Source: Minisyncoccota bacterium
Lineage (GTDB): Bacteria > Patescibacteriota > Minisyncoccia > Phycocordibacterales > Phycocordibacteraceae
Length of the DNA stretch: 64,000 bases
Direction of reading: 5' to 3'
Assembly (NCBI GenBank): GCA_017991635.1
Contig: JAGOQE010000002.1
Coordinates: 35,018-99,017, forward strand
This document shows, one piece after another, positions 17,235 to 25,720 of this stretch (positions within the stretch are counted from its first letter, which is position 1; the number at the start of each line of letters is the position of its first letter). A model generated the notes under the pieces. That model searched no databases and was not told the DNA's origin. It was given only the letters and a program-made list of their open reading frames with translations. Made by a program: the position numbers and the translations under genes.

Positions 17235-18962
17235 ATGCGAAGAGCATTTAGAGCACGACTTCGTATCCTCATCGTAGGCGTATTTGCAGTAGCGCTCTTT
17301 CTTGTCCTTAGACTCTATTTTGTACAGGTAGTGCACCAGGAAGATTACGCGTTAAAGGCAGAACGTCAGTATGTAAGCTCAAGCGCACGTCTGTATGACC
17401 GTGGCGCTATTTTCTTTACGCGAAAGGACGGCACGCTCATTTCAGCAGCAACACTTGGAACTGGTTTCACCATTGCGATGGACCCGTCTCACGTCAAAGA
17501 CCCAGAGGCGCTCTACGCCTCTGTTTCAGCTCTCGCCACTATTGACCGTACAGCGTTTGACCAGAGCATCGCAAAGACTGATGACCCGTATGAAGTCCTC
17601 GTTAAGCAAGTTCCCGAAGACGTTGGTCAAATCCTGTCTGAGAAGAAGATTCCAGGGCTTATCATTGAGCGCAATCGTTGGCGCGAGTATCCTGCAGGTG
17701 ATATTGCCTCACAGACTATTGGTTTTGTTGCCTATGACCAAGATGTCTTGGTGGGGCGCTACGGACTTGAGCGCTACTACGAACAGACTCTGAGTCATAA
17801 CTCAGACGGACTGTTCGGAAACTTCTTTGCTGAACTGTTTGCAAGTTTGGATAACGTTCTTGCCGACGGAAAGGAGGCAAAGCAGGGAGACATCATCACT
17901 ACCATTGAACCAGTGGTTGCGGACAAACTTTCCAGCATTCTTGATGGTGTGCAGGCACAGTACGGAAGTGTTGAGACAGCCGGTATCATCATGAACCCAA
18001 AGACCGGAGAAATTATTGCTATGGAAGTGCGTCCAAGTTTTGATTTGAATAATTATCGCGAAGCAGACAGTAGTCGCTTCGCGAATCCCTTTGTTGAAGA
18101 CGTGCGTGAGTTCGGCTCCATCATGAAGCCACTCACGATGACTGCTGGCTTGGATGCTGGTGTGATTACACCGGAGACTACCTACAACGACACGGGCTGT
18201 ATTACAGTGAATAAAAGTAAAATCTGCAACTTTGACCTTCGGGGTCGTGGAGTGGTACCGATGCAACGCATTTTGTCCGACTCGCTTAATACGGGCGTAT
18301 CCTTTATTACAGGACAGCTAGGTCACGATAGATTCCGAGACTACTTTATGAAGCTTGGTTTTGGTACTGAAACAGGTATTGATTTGCCTGAGGAGACTCG
18401 AGGACTTGTAGAAAACTTGAAGAGTCCTCGCGATGTTGAGTACTACACCGCATCCTTTGGTCAGGGTGTTGCGGTGACTCCTGTTGAAATGATTCGTGCA
18501 CTCGGCTCACTCGCAAATGATGGACAAATCGTGACTCCACACTTGGTGAAATCTATTCGTCTTGAGTCAGGCATCATGAAGCAGTTGTCATGGGGTTCGC
18601 CTGAGCGAGTATTCTCTAAGGAGGCGACAGAACAAACCACGCATATGCTCGTGAAGGTGGTGGACGAGTCACTTGCACACGGCACGGTGAAAATTCCTGA
18701 AATGAGTGTTGCCGCAAAGACCGGTACGGCTCAGCTTGCCGGACCTGGAGGGAAGTACTATGAATCAAAGTACCTCCACTCCTTCTTCGGGTACTTCCCA
18801 GCGTACGACCCTGAATTTGTCATTCTCCTCTATACGCGCGAGCCACAGGGTGTACAGTATGCATCTGAGACCCTGACGCATCCCTTTATGGAGTTGACGC
18901 ACTTCCTCATCAGCTATTACGATATTGCCCCAGATAGGGCCGTATACGAAGACCCCTCGTAA
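17235..18962 (+). CDS. ftsI: Penicillin-binding protein (FtsI/PBP3-type divisome transpeptidase)
   Basis: N-terminal TM, PBP dimerisation domain and transpeptidase motifs (SIMKP, KTGTAQ). dcw synteny. Confidence 0.85.
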   Translation: MRRAFRARLRILIVGVFAVALFLVLRLYFVQVVHQEDYALKAERQYVSSSARLYDRGAIFFTRKDGTLISAATLGTGFTIAMDPSHVKDPEALYASVSALATIDRTAFDQSIAKTDDPYEVLVKQVPEDVGQILSEKKIPGLIIERNRWREYPAGDIASQTIGFVAYDQDVLVGRYGLERYYEQTLSHNSDGLFGNFFAELFASLDNVLADGKEAKQGDIITTIEPVVADKLSSILDGVQAQYGSVETAGIIMNPKTGEIIAMEVRPSFDLNNYREADSSRFANPFVEDVREFGSIMKPLTMTAGLDAGVITPETTYNDTGCITVNKSKICNFDLRGRGVVPMQRILSDSLNTGVSFITGQLGHDRFRDYFMKLGFGTETGIDLPEETRGLVENLKSPRDVEYYTASFGQGVAVTPVEMIRALGSLANDGQIVTPHLVKSIRLESGIMKQLSWGSPERVFSKEATEQTTHMLVKVVDESLAHGTVKIPEMSVAAKTGTAQLAGPGGKYYESKYLHSFFGYFPAYDPEFVILLYTREPQGVQYASETLTHPFMELTHFLISYYDIAPDRAVYEDPS

Positions 18963-18974
18963 TACCTATATTTT

Positions 18975-20261
18975 ATGAAACAAATACTCAAATCCATGGT
19001 TGCCGGTATCCTCGCCCTTTTTGCGAGAGCTATTATTCGCAAATATAAACCCTACGTAGTCATGATTACGGGTAGCGTGGGTAAGACATCCACCAAGGAT
19101 GCAGTTCACGCCGTACTCGCGTCCTCTACCTTCGTGCGTGCCAGTGAGAAGAGCTATAACAGTGAGTTTGGAGTACCGCTCACCATTATTGGCGCCAAGA
19201 ATCCCTGGAACAATCCTATTGCCTGGCTTCGTGTCTTTCACGAGGCCACCTTGCTTTTATGTACAAAAAATCATTTTCCTAAGACACTCGTTCTTGAAGT
19301 TGGGGCAGATAGACCAGGAGACCTCAAGAATATTTTAAAAATTGCCACACCAGACGCAGTCGTCGTAACAAAGCTTCCTGAAGTGCCTGTCCATGTTGAA
19401 GCGTACGCTTCTCCGAGCGCCGTTCGTGATGAGGAATTTCTCCCAGCATATGCACTTAAGTCCGGCTCTCCGCTCATCTTGAGTAGTGACGACCCCTACG
19501 CACGTGAGATGGCCTCTCGTATTCAAGCTAAGGTCACTACGTATGGCACCGCCCCTGACGCTGATGTGCGCCTATCGGAGCCACATATTCGCTTTATAGA
19601 GGATACGCCAGTTGGCATGGAAGCGACACTCACTATTAAAGGGAAGTCATATCCGCTTCAGGTAAATGGCGCTCTCGGTATTCCACAGCTCTACGCGCCC
19701 TCAGCAGCATTCGCGCTTGCGTATGAGCTTTCCATGAGTGAGGAGGATATCTTGAAAGGTGTCGCTTCCTATGTGTCTCCAGCAGGGCGGGGAAGAGTCC
19801 TTCGCGGAATCAACAACTCAGTTCTTATTGATGATACGTATAATGCCTCTCCTGCTGCAGTTGTAGAGGCTCTCAACAATCTCTCCTTTATCCCTAATCG
19901 TCGCCGTGTCGCTATTTTAGGTGACATGCTTGAGCTCGGTCGGTTCTCCATTGAGGAGCATGAGAAGATTGGAGTTCTCGCAAAAGAAAAAGCGGACGTC
20001 TTGGTTACGGTCGGTGTGCGCTCTCGGGAGACCTGCACGGCCTCAAAGAAGGCTGGTATGGAGGAAGCTGTCACACACTGCTTCGATAGTACAAAGGACG
20101 CACTAAAGGGCATTAGAGACCTCGTAGGGGAGGGTGATGTGATTCTCATAAAGGGCTCGCAGTCTATCCGTATGGAGCATATTGTTGAGACACTGCTTGA
20201 GAACCCTGATGATAGCCAGTATCTGGTCCGCCAGGATACGGAATGGAAATCTATTAAGTAG
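18975..20261 (+). CDS. murF: Mur ligase family, most likely UDP-MurNAc-tripeptide--D-Ala-D-Ala ligase
   Basis: ATP-binding TGSVGKTSTK and C-terminal IDDTYNASP motif. About 430 aa, in the dcw position after ftsI. MurE cannot be excluded. Confidence 0.65.
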   Translation: MKQILKSMVAGILALFARAIIRKYKPYVVMITGSVGKTSTKDAVHAVLASSTFVRASEKSYNSEFGVPLTIIGAKNPWNNPIAWLRVFHEATLLLCTKNHFPKTLVLEVGADRPGDLKNILKIATPDAVVVTKLPEVPVHVEAYASPSAVRDEEFLPAYALKSGSPLILSSDDPYAREMASRIQAKVTTYGTAPDADVRLSEPHIRFIEDTPVGMEATLTIKGKSYPLQVNGALGIPQLYAPSAAFALAYELSMSEEDILKGVASYVSPAGRGRVLRGINNSVLIDDTYNASPAAVVEALNNLSFIPNRRRVAILGDMLELGRFSIEEHEKIGVLAKEKADVLVTVGVRSRETCTASKKAGMEEAVTHCFDSTKDALKGIRDLVGEGDVILIKGSQSIRMEHIVETLLENPDDSQYLVRQDTEWKSIK

Positions 20262-20457
20262 AGTTTGACCACAGAGCTCACCACCTACTTCGTTACGGGT
20301 CCCAACTCGTCGCTTCACCGTACTAGAAGTACGTCTCCGCTCCTCATTCTCCCGTGCCTCGCATCTGGCGCCTCTGAAGTCAAAGGGATAATAGAGGGTT
20401 TGGGGAATAGACTTGAGAAACAGAGCAAATTGTTTTATAGTCAGAAAGTTCACAGAC

Positions 20458-20529
20458 GGCCTCATCGTCTAACGGTTAGGACAGATCCCTCTCACGGATC
20501 AAATCGGGGTTCGATTCCCCGTGAGGTCA
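20458..20529 (+). tRNA. tRNA-Glu (anticodon CUC)
   Basis: Cloverleaf folded by hand: 7-bp acceptor stem (one G-U), 4-bp D stem with a GG-containing loop, anticodon stem gatcc/ggatc with loop c-t-CTC-a-c, 4-nt variable region, T arm cgggg-ttcgatt-ccccg, discriminator A, no encoded CCA. 72 nt. Confidence 0.8.
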
Positions 20530-20541
20530 CAAATCGGCCAA

Positions 20542-20563
20542 CCCAAAAGCGTAAGCTTTTGGG
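20542..20563 (+). terminator. Hairpin directly after the tRNA (cccaaaagc-gtaa-gcttttggg)
   Basis: 9-bp stem with a GTAA loop, followed by ctgttgccgtttg. Confidence 0.4.
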
Positions 20564-20807
20564 CTGTTGCCGTTTGTAGACCTCACGGGAATCGAAGGAC
20601 GGAGGCCGCGAAGCCTTGCGAAGCAAGTGGCCGAGTCGGGCGTAGATTTTGTTGCGCGTGAGCGAGCTAGAAAATCAAGTGCAAAGCACTGCGAAATTTC
20701 AGCGGAAAATTATCTGTGGTCGATGGGCGCTCGTATTCCACACGAACGCAGTGACTCGGGAATATGCAGTCTCTTCATGAATTCACAGAAATATAAACCA
20801 CAGGCCT

Positions 20808-22931
20808 TTGACGTACAGATCAAATTTTATCCGCTATACTATATCTGTGGAATTTTTCTCGTACATTGGTTTACACACTCTATACTTGCTCGTTTTTTCT
20901 ATTGCCCTCGGGCTCGGTTTGGGTGCGTCTGCGCTGAGCCATATACTTTTTCTTTTTTCAGGTCGTGATCGAACAGTGTCGCGCGACGAGTTTAAATTGT
21001 TGAAAGTGTCGCGCATTGTGGTCTGGGTCGCAATTCTTTTGTATGGGTTTAGTGGACTAGGTCTCTTTACACTTGCGTATGAGTCGATGATTGAGCTTGG
21101 AATTTTTTACGCAAGCCTGACCATCGCAGTGATCCTTATCGGGAATGAAATTGTATTTGCTATGCGTCACCTACCTCGCGTGCGCGATATTCGCGACGGA
21201 AGGATCGCGCTCGATGCACTCGTTTTAGAAAGTGGGGCTGTATCCGCGGTCTCGTGGGTATTTTTAATGTTTCATCACACAATCTACAGGACTGATATAG
21301 GATATTTTGCATTTATGGCGCTTTACGCCGTGGCTATTGCTATTGTTATGCTTTTGACATGGACTGTACGCCGAAGAGATGCGCGCACTCACGACACAAT
21401 AGTGTTGAAGCGGTCAGTTCTTGCCGCTCTTTTTTTCGCACTTGTTTTTGCAGGTGCATGGCTCGCCAAGGCTGACAGCGTTATAAAGCCTGCCGAAATA
21501 GGAAAGCGTCTAGCCACCGAAGTTGTTGGCTCGACTTACACAATTGATGATGTTGCCCTTCATAATAATTCAGAGGATTGTTGGCTCGTCATTGATAGCA
21601 AGGTATTCAACGCGACTGAAGCGTCACGTCTTCATCCTGCAATGTTCAACTGTGGCGAGGAGGTGAGTGAGAATTATCACAAGAACCATGGCGAGGGCAT
21701 CAGAGATAAGATGATGAAGTACTACATAGGCGATCTTCGCAGCGGGAAAGGTGTAACGAATACCGACGCACCCTTCAAGAGGAACGAGACACTCAAACCG
21801 TACCGCGAGTTGTATGTTGACGAAGGATCGTGGAATGCACTTGAATTGATGCTTGTTGTTGAAAAAGATGCCGAGAAGCTCCTTGCTATCGACGGAACGA
21901 CGCACACGGTGATTGGGCGCGTGCACGATGTTGGTTTTCAGCCACACACCTCTGTCTACTCTTCGGATGCAAAATACATGTATATCATTTCTCGGGATGG
22001 ATGGCTCACGAAGATTGACCTAACTACTCTCGAGCCAGTCGCATCAGTGCTCGTAGGTGAGAATTCGCGCGGGACAGCTATCACTGATAACGATAAATAT
22101 GTTGCCATCGGCAATTACAATCCCGGGAATGTTGTTATCCTTGACGCTTCATCGATGGAAATTCTAAAAACTATACCGCTCTCGATGGAAAAGGATGGTA
22201 AACAGATTGAGTCTCGTGCGGGTGCAGTTGTCGAAGATGGAAATCGGATTATTGTTGCGCTTAAAGACGGGACCAGTGTTTGGGCGATAGATACTGACCA
22301 ATCTGGGTTCCCTGTGACGCATAAATTTTCGGACATAGGAGCCGGCAGGCCCGCGCTCCACGACGCCTTTCTCACACCAAATGGCTCGCATTATATTGTT
22401 GCATCGCAAGGATCGAAGACCGCATGGATACTTGATGTGGCGACCATGAAACCAGTTGCGGAGATAGAGACTGGCGATACACCGCACACGGGCCCGGGTG
22501 CTGCTTGGGGTAACTACATTTACATCCCGTCGTTGGGAGAGGGCCTTATTACTGTTATCGATATGACCACATGGAAGCCAGCGAAATATATAAAGACCGG
22601 CGGACCAGGTCTGTTTGTGCGGAGCTACAGTAAGGATCCGACCTATCCATATGTGTGGGCCGACACTGCATTCGGCGATCACAAGGATGAGATTTATGTT
22701 ATTGACGCGCGAGTCAATGAGATCGTGAAAACGATTATTCCGGTTAAGGGCGAAAGTTCGTGGCATCCGGAGTTCACCTATGATGGAAAATTTGTTTACG
22801 TTGTATCTCAATCTGCGAACGAAGTTGAGGTGTACGATGCGTACACCTTTGATATCGTAAAGCGCATTAAATCTGAGACACCTTCAGCGATATCTAACGT
22901 TGGCCTACGAATCGAAGAGCCAGGACTGTAA
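20808..22931 (+). CDS. Membrane-anchored fusion protein: N-terminal polytopic membrane domain, cytochrome b5-like heme-binding domain, C-terminal beta-propeller (YVTN/cd1-like repeats)
   Basis: Several N-terminal TM helices. The middle segment fits the cyt-b5 pattern (LHNNSEDCWLVIDSKVFNATEASRLHPAMF...YHKNHGEG). The C-terminal region has repeated beta-propeller-like blades. Confidence 0.6.
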   Translation: MTYRSNFIRYTISVEFFSYIGLHTLYLLVFSIALGLGLGASALSHILFLFSGRDRTVSRDEFKLLKVSRIVVWVAILLYGFSGLGLFTLAYESMIELGIFYASLTIAVILIGNEIVFAMRHLPRVRDIRDGRIALDALVLESGAVSAVSWVFLMFHHTIYRTDIGYFAFMALYAVAIAIVMLLTWTVRRRDARTHDTIVLKRSVLAALFFALVFAGAWLAKADSVIKPAEIGKRLATEVVGSTYTIDDVALHNNSEDCWLVIDSKVFNATEASRLHPAMFNCGEEVSENYHKNHGEGIRDKMMKYYIGDLRSGKGVTNTDAPFKRNETLKPYRELYVDEGSWNALELMLVVEKDAEKLLAIDGTTHTVIGRVHDVGFQPHTSVYSSDAKYMYIISRDGWLTKIDLTTLEPVASVLVGENSRGTAITDNDKYVAIGNYNPGNVVILDASSMEILKTIPLSMEKDGKQIESRAGAVVEDGNRIIVALKDGTSVWAIDTDQSGFPVTHKFSDIGAGRPALHDAFLTPNGSHYIVASQGSKTAWILDVATMKPVAEIETGDTPHTGPGAAWGNYIYIPSLGEGLITVIDMTTWKPAKYIKTGGPGLFVRSYSKDPTYPYVWADTAFGDHKDEIYVIDARVNEIVKTIIPVKGESSWHPEFTYDGKFVYVVSQSANEVEVYDAYTFDIVKRIKSETPSAISNVGLRIEEPGL

Positions 22932-22981
22932 GTCAGCACACCTCTTGCAATCGGAGCAGACGAAATATTAAACGGTCGAGT

Positions 22982-24004
22982 TTGCATGCTAAAATCCCCT
23001 CAATGCGCCCCCTACGTCTCCGCAAACTCCTCAAACGCAAACTCCCACTCCTCGTCTTCCTCATTCTCCTCGTTGTAGCTTTCTCTGTCGCATTTTATAT
23101 ATACCGAAACTCTCCCGTAGAGCCTCTAAGCCCCGAGGCATACAAAGAACTTGAGGCAAGGCTTGTAACACTTGTTGAGGACGAGGACCCGCGCGTCGCA
23201 CTCCATGCTCTACAAGAAGAAATTGATAGAAGTGAGAGTGTACTTCGCTCATGTCATGGCTTGGTACACGAAATAGGACATGAGGCATATGAGAAATACG
23301 GAGACGTGGCGAAGGCATTTTCATACCGAGACGAAATCTGCGGGGCAGGGTACATACACGGCGTGATTGAGTCCTATATGGATGATAAGGGGTTTGAGGA
23401 GAGTGAACTTTCTTCTATTTGCACTTCGTATAAAGGGGAAGATCGCGATAACTGCTTCCATGGTGTGGGGCATGGACTCATGTTCTATACGAGAAATGAT
23501 GTACCCGCGTCTATAACGTCATGTCATGCACTTACGGACGCGAAAGCACGTATGCGGTGTGCCGAGGGAGTCTTCATGGAGAACTTTGAGAGTGACGATG
23601 TCTTCCACCTCTCTGAGTATGTGGATGATAACGACCTCTTTGGAATTTGCAGGGAACAAAAAGAAATCTATCAAAAGGGTGCGTGTTACTTCTACGCACC
23701 ACTCTTTTATTTGAATGAACATGAGCGGGATTACGCCGACATGTTTGCATTGTGTAGGGAAGCTGAGGCTCCCTATATTTCTACCTGTATAAAAGGTACT
23801 TCAAGTAGGGTCACGAAGGAGAATATTGAACGCCCATCTCTAGTCTCTTCATACTGTATGAAGCAGAAAGGGTATGAGGGTGCGTGCGTTGAGGGAATAG
23901 GAAGTTACTACTATACGCACTACGGCGACACGAAAAAGGTAGAGGAACTCTGCAGTAAGGTTGCAAAGGATTATATGTCTGCCTGTACGAGCACGCTTAA
24001 GTAA
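22982..24004 (+). CDS. Hypothetical membrane-anchored Cys/His-rich repeat protein
   Basis: N-terminal TM followed by about seven spaced C-x-x-G/E-x-x-H/Y units: SCHGLVHEIGH, ICGAGYIHG, NCFHGVGHG, RCAEGVF, GACYFYAPL, TCIKGTS, GACVEGIGSYYY. Confidence 0.5.
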   Translation: MHAKIPSMRPLRLRKLLKRKLPLLVFLILLVVAFSVAFYIYRNSPVEPLSPEAYKELEARLVTLVEDEDPRVALHALQEEIDRSESVLRSCHGLVHEIGHEAYEKYGDVAKAFSYRDEICGAGYIHGVIESYMDDKGFEESELSSICTSYKGEDRDNCFHGVGHGLMFYTRNDVPASITSCHALTDAKARMRCAEGVFMENFESDDVFHLSEYVDDNDLFGICREQKEIYQKGACYFYAPLFYLNEHERDYADMFALCREAEAPYISTCIKGTSSRVTKENIERPSLVSSYCMKQKGYEGACVEGIGSYYYTHYGDTKKVEELCSKVAKDYMSACTSTLK

Positions 24005-24047
24005 AAACAGAAAAGCTCCACCAAAAGGCAAAGCCTTTCCGTAGAGC

Positions 24048-24365
24048 CTAGAAATTCCTGCGTTTTGTTCGTGTCAGTTCAGGCCAGATAGGCAGGCAGA
24101 GGACGACGATGAAAAGGAGAGCAAGGAAGGCAAGCACACTGCTTGTGGTCACGAAATAGTCACGCGGAGAGTGCTTCCAGCCAAGCCAGAAACACACACC
24201 ACAACACAAGGACCAGAAGAGGGAGTACGACCACGCGATGATTCGGTGCTGTGCCTTAGAGGCGCTCATGCGTAAGAGCGCGACTACCACAAAAACGAGA
24301 AAGAAGTTCAGTACAAACACTATAGTCCAAACGAGCACAGGAATGCTGATTCCAGCTTTTTCCAT
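24048..24365 (-). CDS. Hypothetical small polytopic membrane protein
   Basis: Start moved to the internal ATG (MEKAGISIP...), which has a GGAGGA SD 6 nt upstream. The longer GTG-started ORF in the track would overlap the divergent promoter. Confidence 0.5.
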   Translation of the reverse strand: MEKAGISIPVLVWTIVFVLNFFLVFVVVALLRMSASKAQHRIIAWSYSLFWSLCCGVCFWLGWKHSPRDYFVTTSSVLAFLALLFIVVLCLPIWPELTRTKRRNF

Positions 24366-24432
24366 AGCGTTTCCTCCAGTTTCTACCTCTACGCTATGAC
24401 CTAGAAGGCATAAAATCAAGCCCTCTAGGTAC

Positions 24433-24461
24433 TTGACTTTTGACACTATGTGTGATAATAT
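24433..24461 (+). promoter_or_regulatory. Sigma70-like promoter for the GC-rich gene: TTGACT ... TGtGATAAT (extended -10)
   Basis: TTGACT at 24433-24438. TGTGATAAT at 24451-24459 (alternatively read as TAATAT at 24456-24461 with a 17-nt spacer). Sits in an AT-rich 163-bp spacer 70 nt upstream of the 24529 ATG. Confidence 0.4.
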
Positions 24462-24528
24462 ATATGTACGTCAGGAAGGCTGACGAAGTACCTCAACATC
24501 AATCAGTTTACCTCTGGAGACGACCCAC

Positions 24529-25596
24529 ATGACCCAGTCCCAAGAAGCGCGTTTCGACTTCCCGGGTTTCAACCTGGTGAAGACGCAGGACAACGACCGC
24601 CACCAGGTGGAAGTCGGCACGATCGAGGACGGGGACCACGTGTTCACCGTCACCATGATCCGCAGCCAACAGCACCAGTTCCTCCCGTTCGCCATCTCGA
24701 CGGTGGCCGACAAGGACGGCAAAAAGATCTGGACCTTCCAGGGCGCCAAGCACGACGGTGTCGGCCTTCTGGCCTACGCCGGCGATGTGCCCGTCATCGC
24801 GCTCATCACGCGCGGCAAGGATCCCATCGTCGAGCGGGTCATTCCGCTCACTTCCCTGGTCAGCAACAAGCCCGTCGGGCTTCGTGAACTGATCAAGGGC
24901 AAGATGGGCGCCGCCATCGACCTCGACTGCCGCTACCGGCTGACCGAGGACGAGGGGAAGGTCGTCAAGATCGACGAAGGCCGGATGCACGCCGAGATGG
25001 TCCGCAAGGACCGCGAGGCGAGCGAGCGTCGGAACTCGGCCCGCGATGCGGAGAAAATCCGCAGGCAGGAAGAGGCCCGGGCACAAGAGGCGGAGCGCGA
25101 AAAGCGCGTCGCCCTGATCATGATCCGGGAAATCGTCACGGGCTACACCGCCCTGGGCGAACGGCGCTACGGCACTCCGGTCCTCGAGGCCGAGTGGCAG
25201 TCGCTTCCGAACGGCACCTTCGCCATTCTCGTCGACGCCATCGGCGAAGACGGGAAGGTCGGCAAACTGCTCGAAAGCTTCAAGATCGTGAAGCAGGCGG
25301 GCAGGCAACCGATGAAGGTGATGACCAGCCAGCTGGCCGCCAGGCAGGAAGGTCCGACGGAAATTCCGGAGGAGCTTCAGCCCACGGGCACGGTTCTGGT
25401 GGAGATCAAGGACGACTTCTTCAATGTCGGCCTCTACGCCTCCAAGGACCTGATCAACAGGGCCTGGAAGGCCGGTCTCAACGGCGGCGCCTATGTGGCC
25501 GTCGACGACCGTGACGCCGACGGCAAACTGGTCGTCTTCACCGTCACGAAGGAAACCGGCGCCAAGAAGGTCGGCTCCTTCATCCCCCTCGGCTAG
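24529..25596 (+). CDS. Hypothetical protein encoded by a strongly GC-rich (foreign-looking) ORF: two globular regions joined by a highly charged E/R-rich helix
   Basis: 355 aa; GGAG SD 9 nt upstream. The third codon position is almost always G or C (GAC, GGC, CTG, ATC, AAG, CGC...). Followed by a textbook intrinsic terminator. No family recognised. Confidence 0.6.
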   Translation: MTQSQEARFDFPGFNLVKTQDNDRHQVEVGTIEDGDHVFTVTMIRSQQHQFLPFAISTVADKDGKKIWTFQGAKHDGVGLLAYAGDVPVIALITRGKDPIVERVIPLTSLVSNKPVGLRELIKGKMGAAIDLDCRYRLTEDEGKVVKIDEGRMHAEMVRKDREASERRNSARDAEKIRRQEEARAQEAEREKRVALIMIREIVTGYTALGERRYGTPVLEAEWQSLPNGTFAILVDAIGEDGKVGKLLESFKIVKQAGRQPMKVMTSQLAARQEGPTEIPEELQPTGTVLVEIKDDFFNVGLYASKDLINRAWKAGLNGGAYVAVDDRDADGKLVVFTVTKETGAKKVGSFIPLG

Positions 25597-25645
25597 TCCG
25601 AGTACTGCACCTTAGGCCCCACCCAATTGGCCTTTCAAATGGGAA

Positions 25646-25678
25646 CCCCGTAGTCATGCGACTACGGGGTTTTGTTTT
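25646..25678 (+). terminator. Intrinsic terminator of the GC-rich gene
   Basis: Perfect 10-bp stem ccccgtagtc / gactacgggg with an atgc loop, followed by TTTTGTTTT. Confidence 0.7.
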
Positions 25679-25686
25679 ATACAGAG

Positions 25687-25717
25687 CGCCCCTGAAGACC
25701 TTCGGTCTTCAGGGGCG
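25687..25717. other. Second GC-rich hairpin (about 14-bp stem, 3-nt loop) between the convergent genes
   Basis: gcgcccctgaagacc-ttc-ggtcttcaggggcg. No clear T-tract on either strand. Confidence 0.4.
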
Positions 25718-25720
25718 TCT

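Noticed and set aside
20265-20579. 104-aa ORF running through the tRNA-Glu gene
   Set aside because: It fully overlaps a well-folding tRNA and its trailer hairpin, so it is a spurious ORF.
20558-20600. tmRNA-like GGGCUG... start after the tRNA
   Set aside because: I considered an ssrA 5' end. No matching tRNA-like 3' end (T-arm plus complementary acceptor strand) exists downstream in the window, and the GGGCTG is part of the tRNA trailer hairpin.
20567-20968. 133-aa Cys/Phe-rich ORF spanning the post-tRNA spacer and the 5' end of the cyt-b5 fusion gene
   Set aside because: It covers the GC-rich non-coding stretch, has no SD, and overlaps the much longer, well-supported ORF starting at 20808 in another frame.
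24508-25308. Minus-strand ORF of 266 aa inside the GC-rich gene
   Set aside because: High-GC DNA rarely contains stop codons, so the antisense strand stays open. The plus-strand ORF is the one with the SD, promoter and terminator, and a protein-like hydrophobicity pattern.
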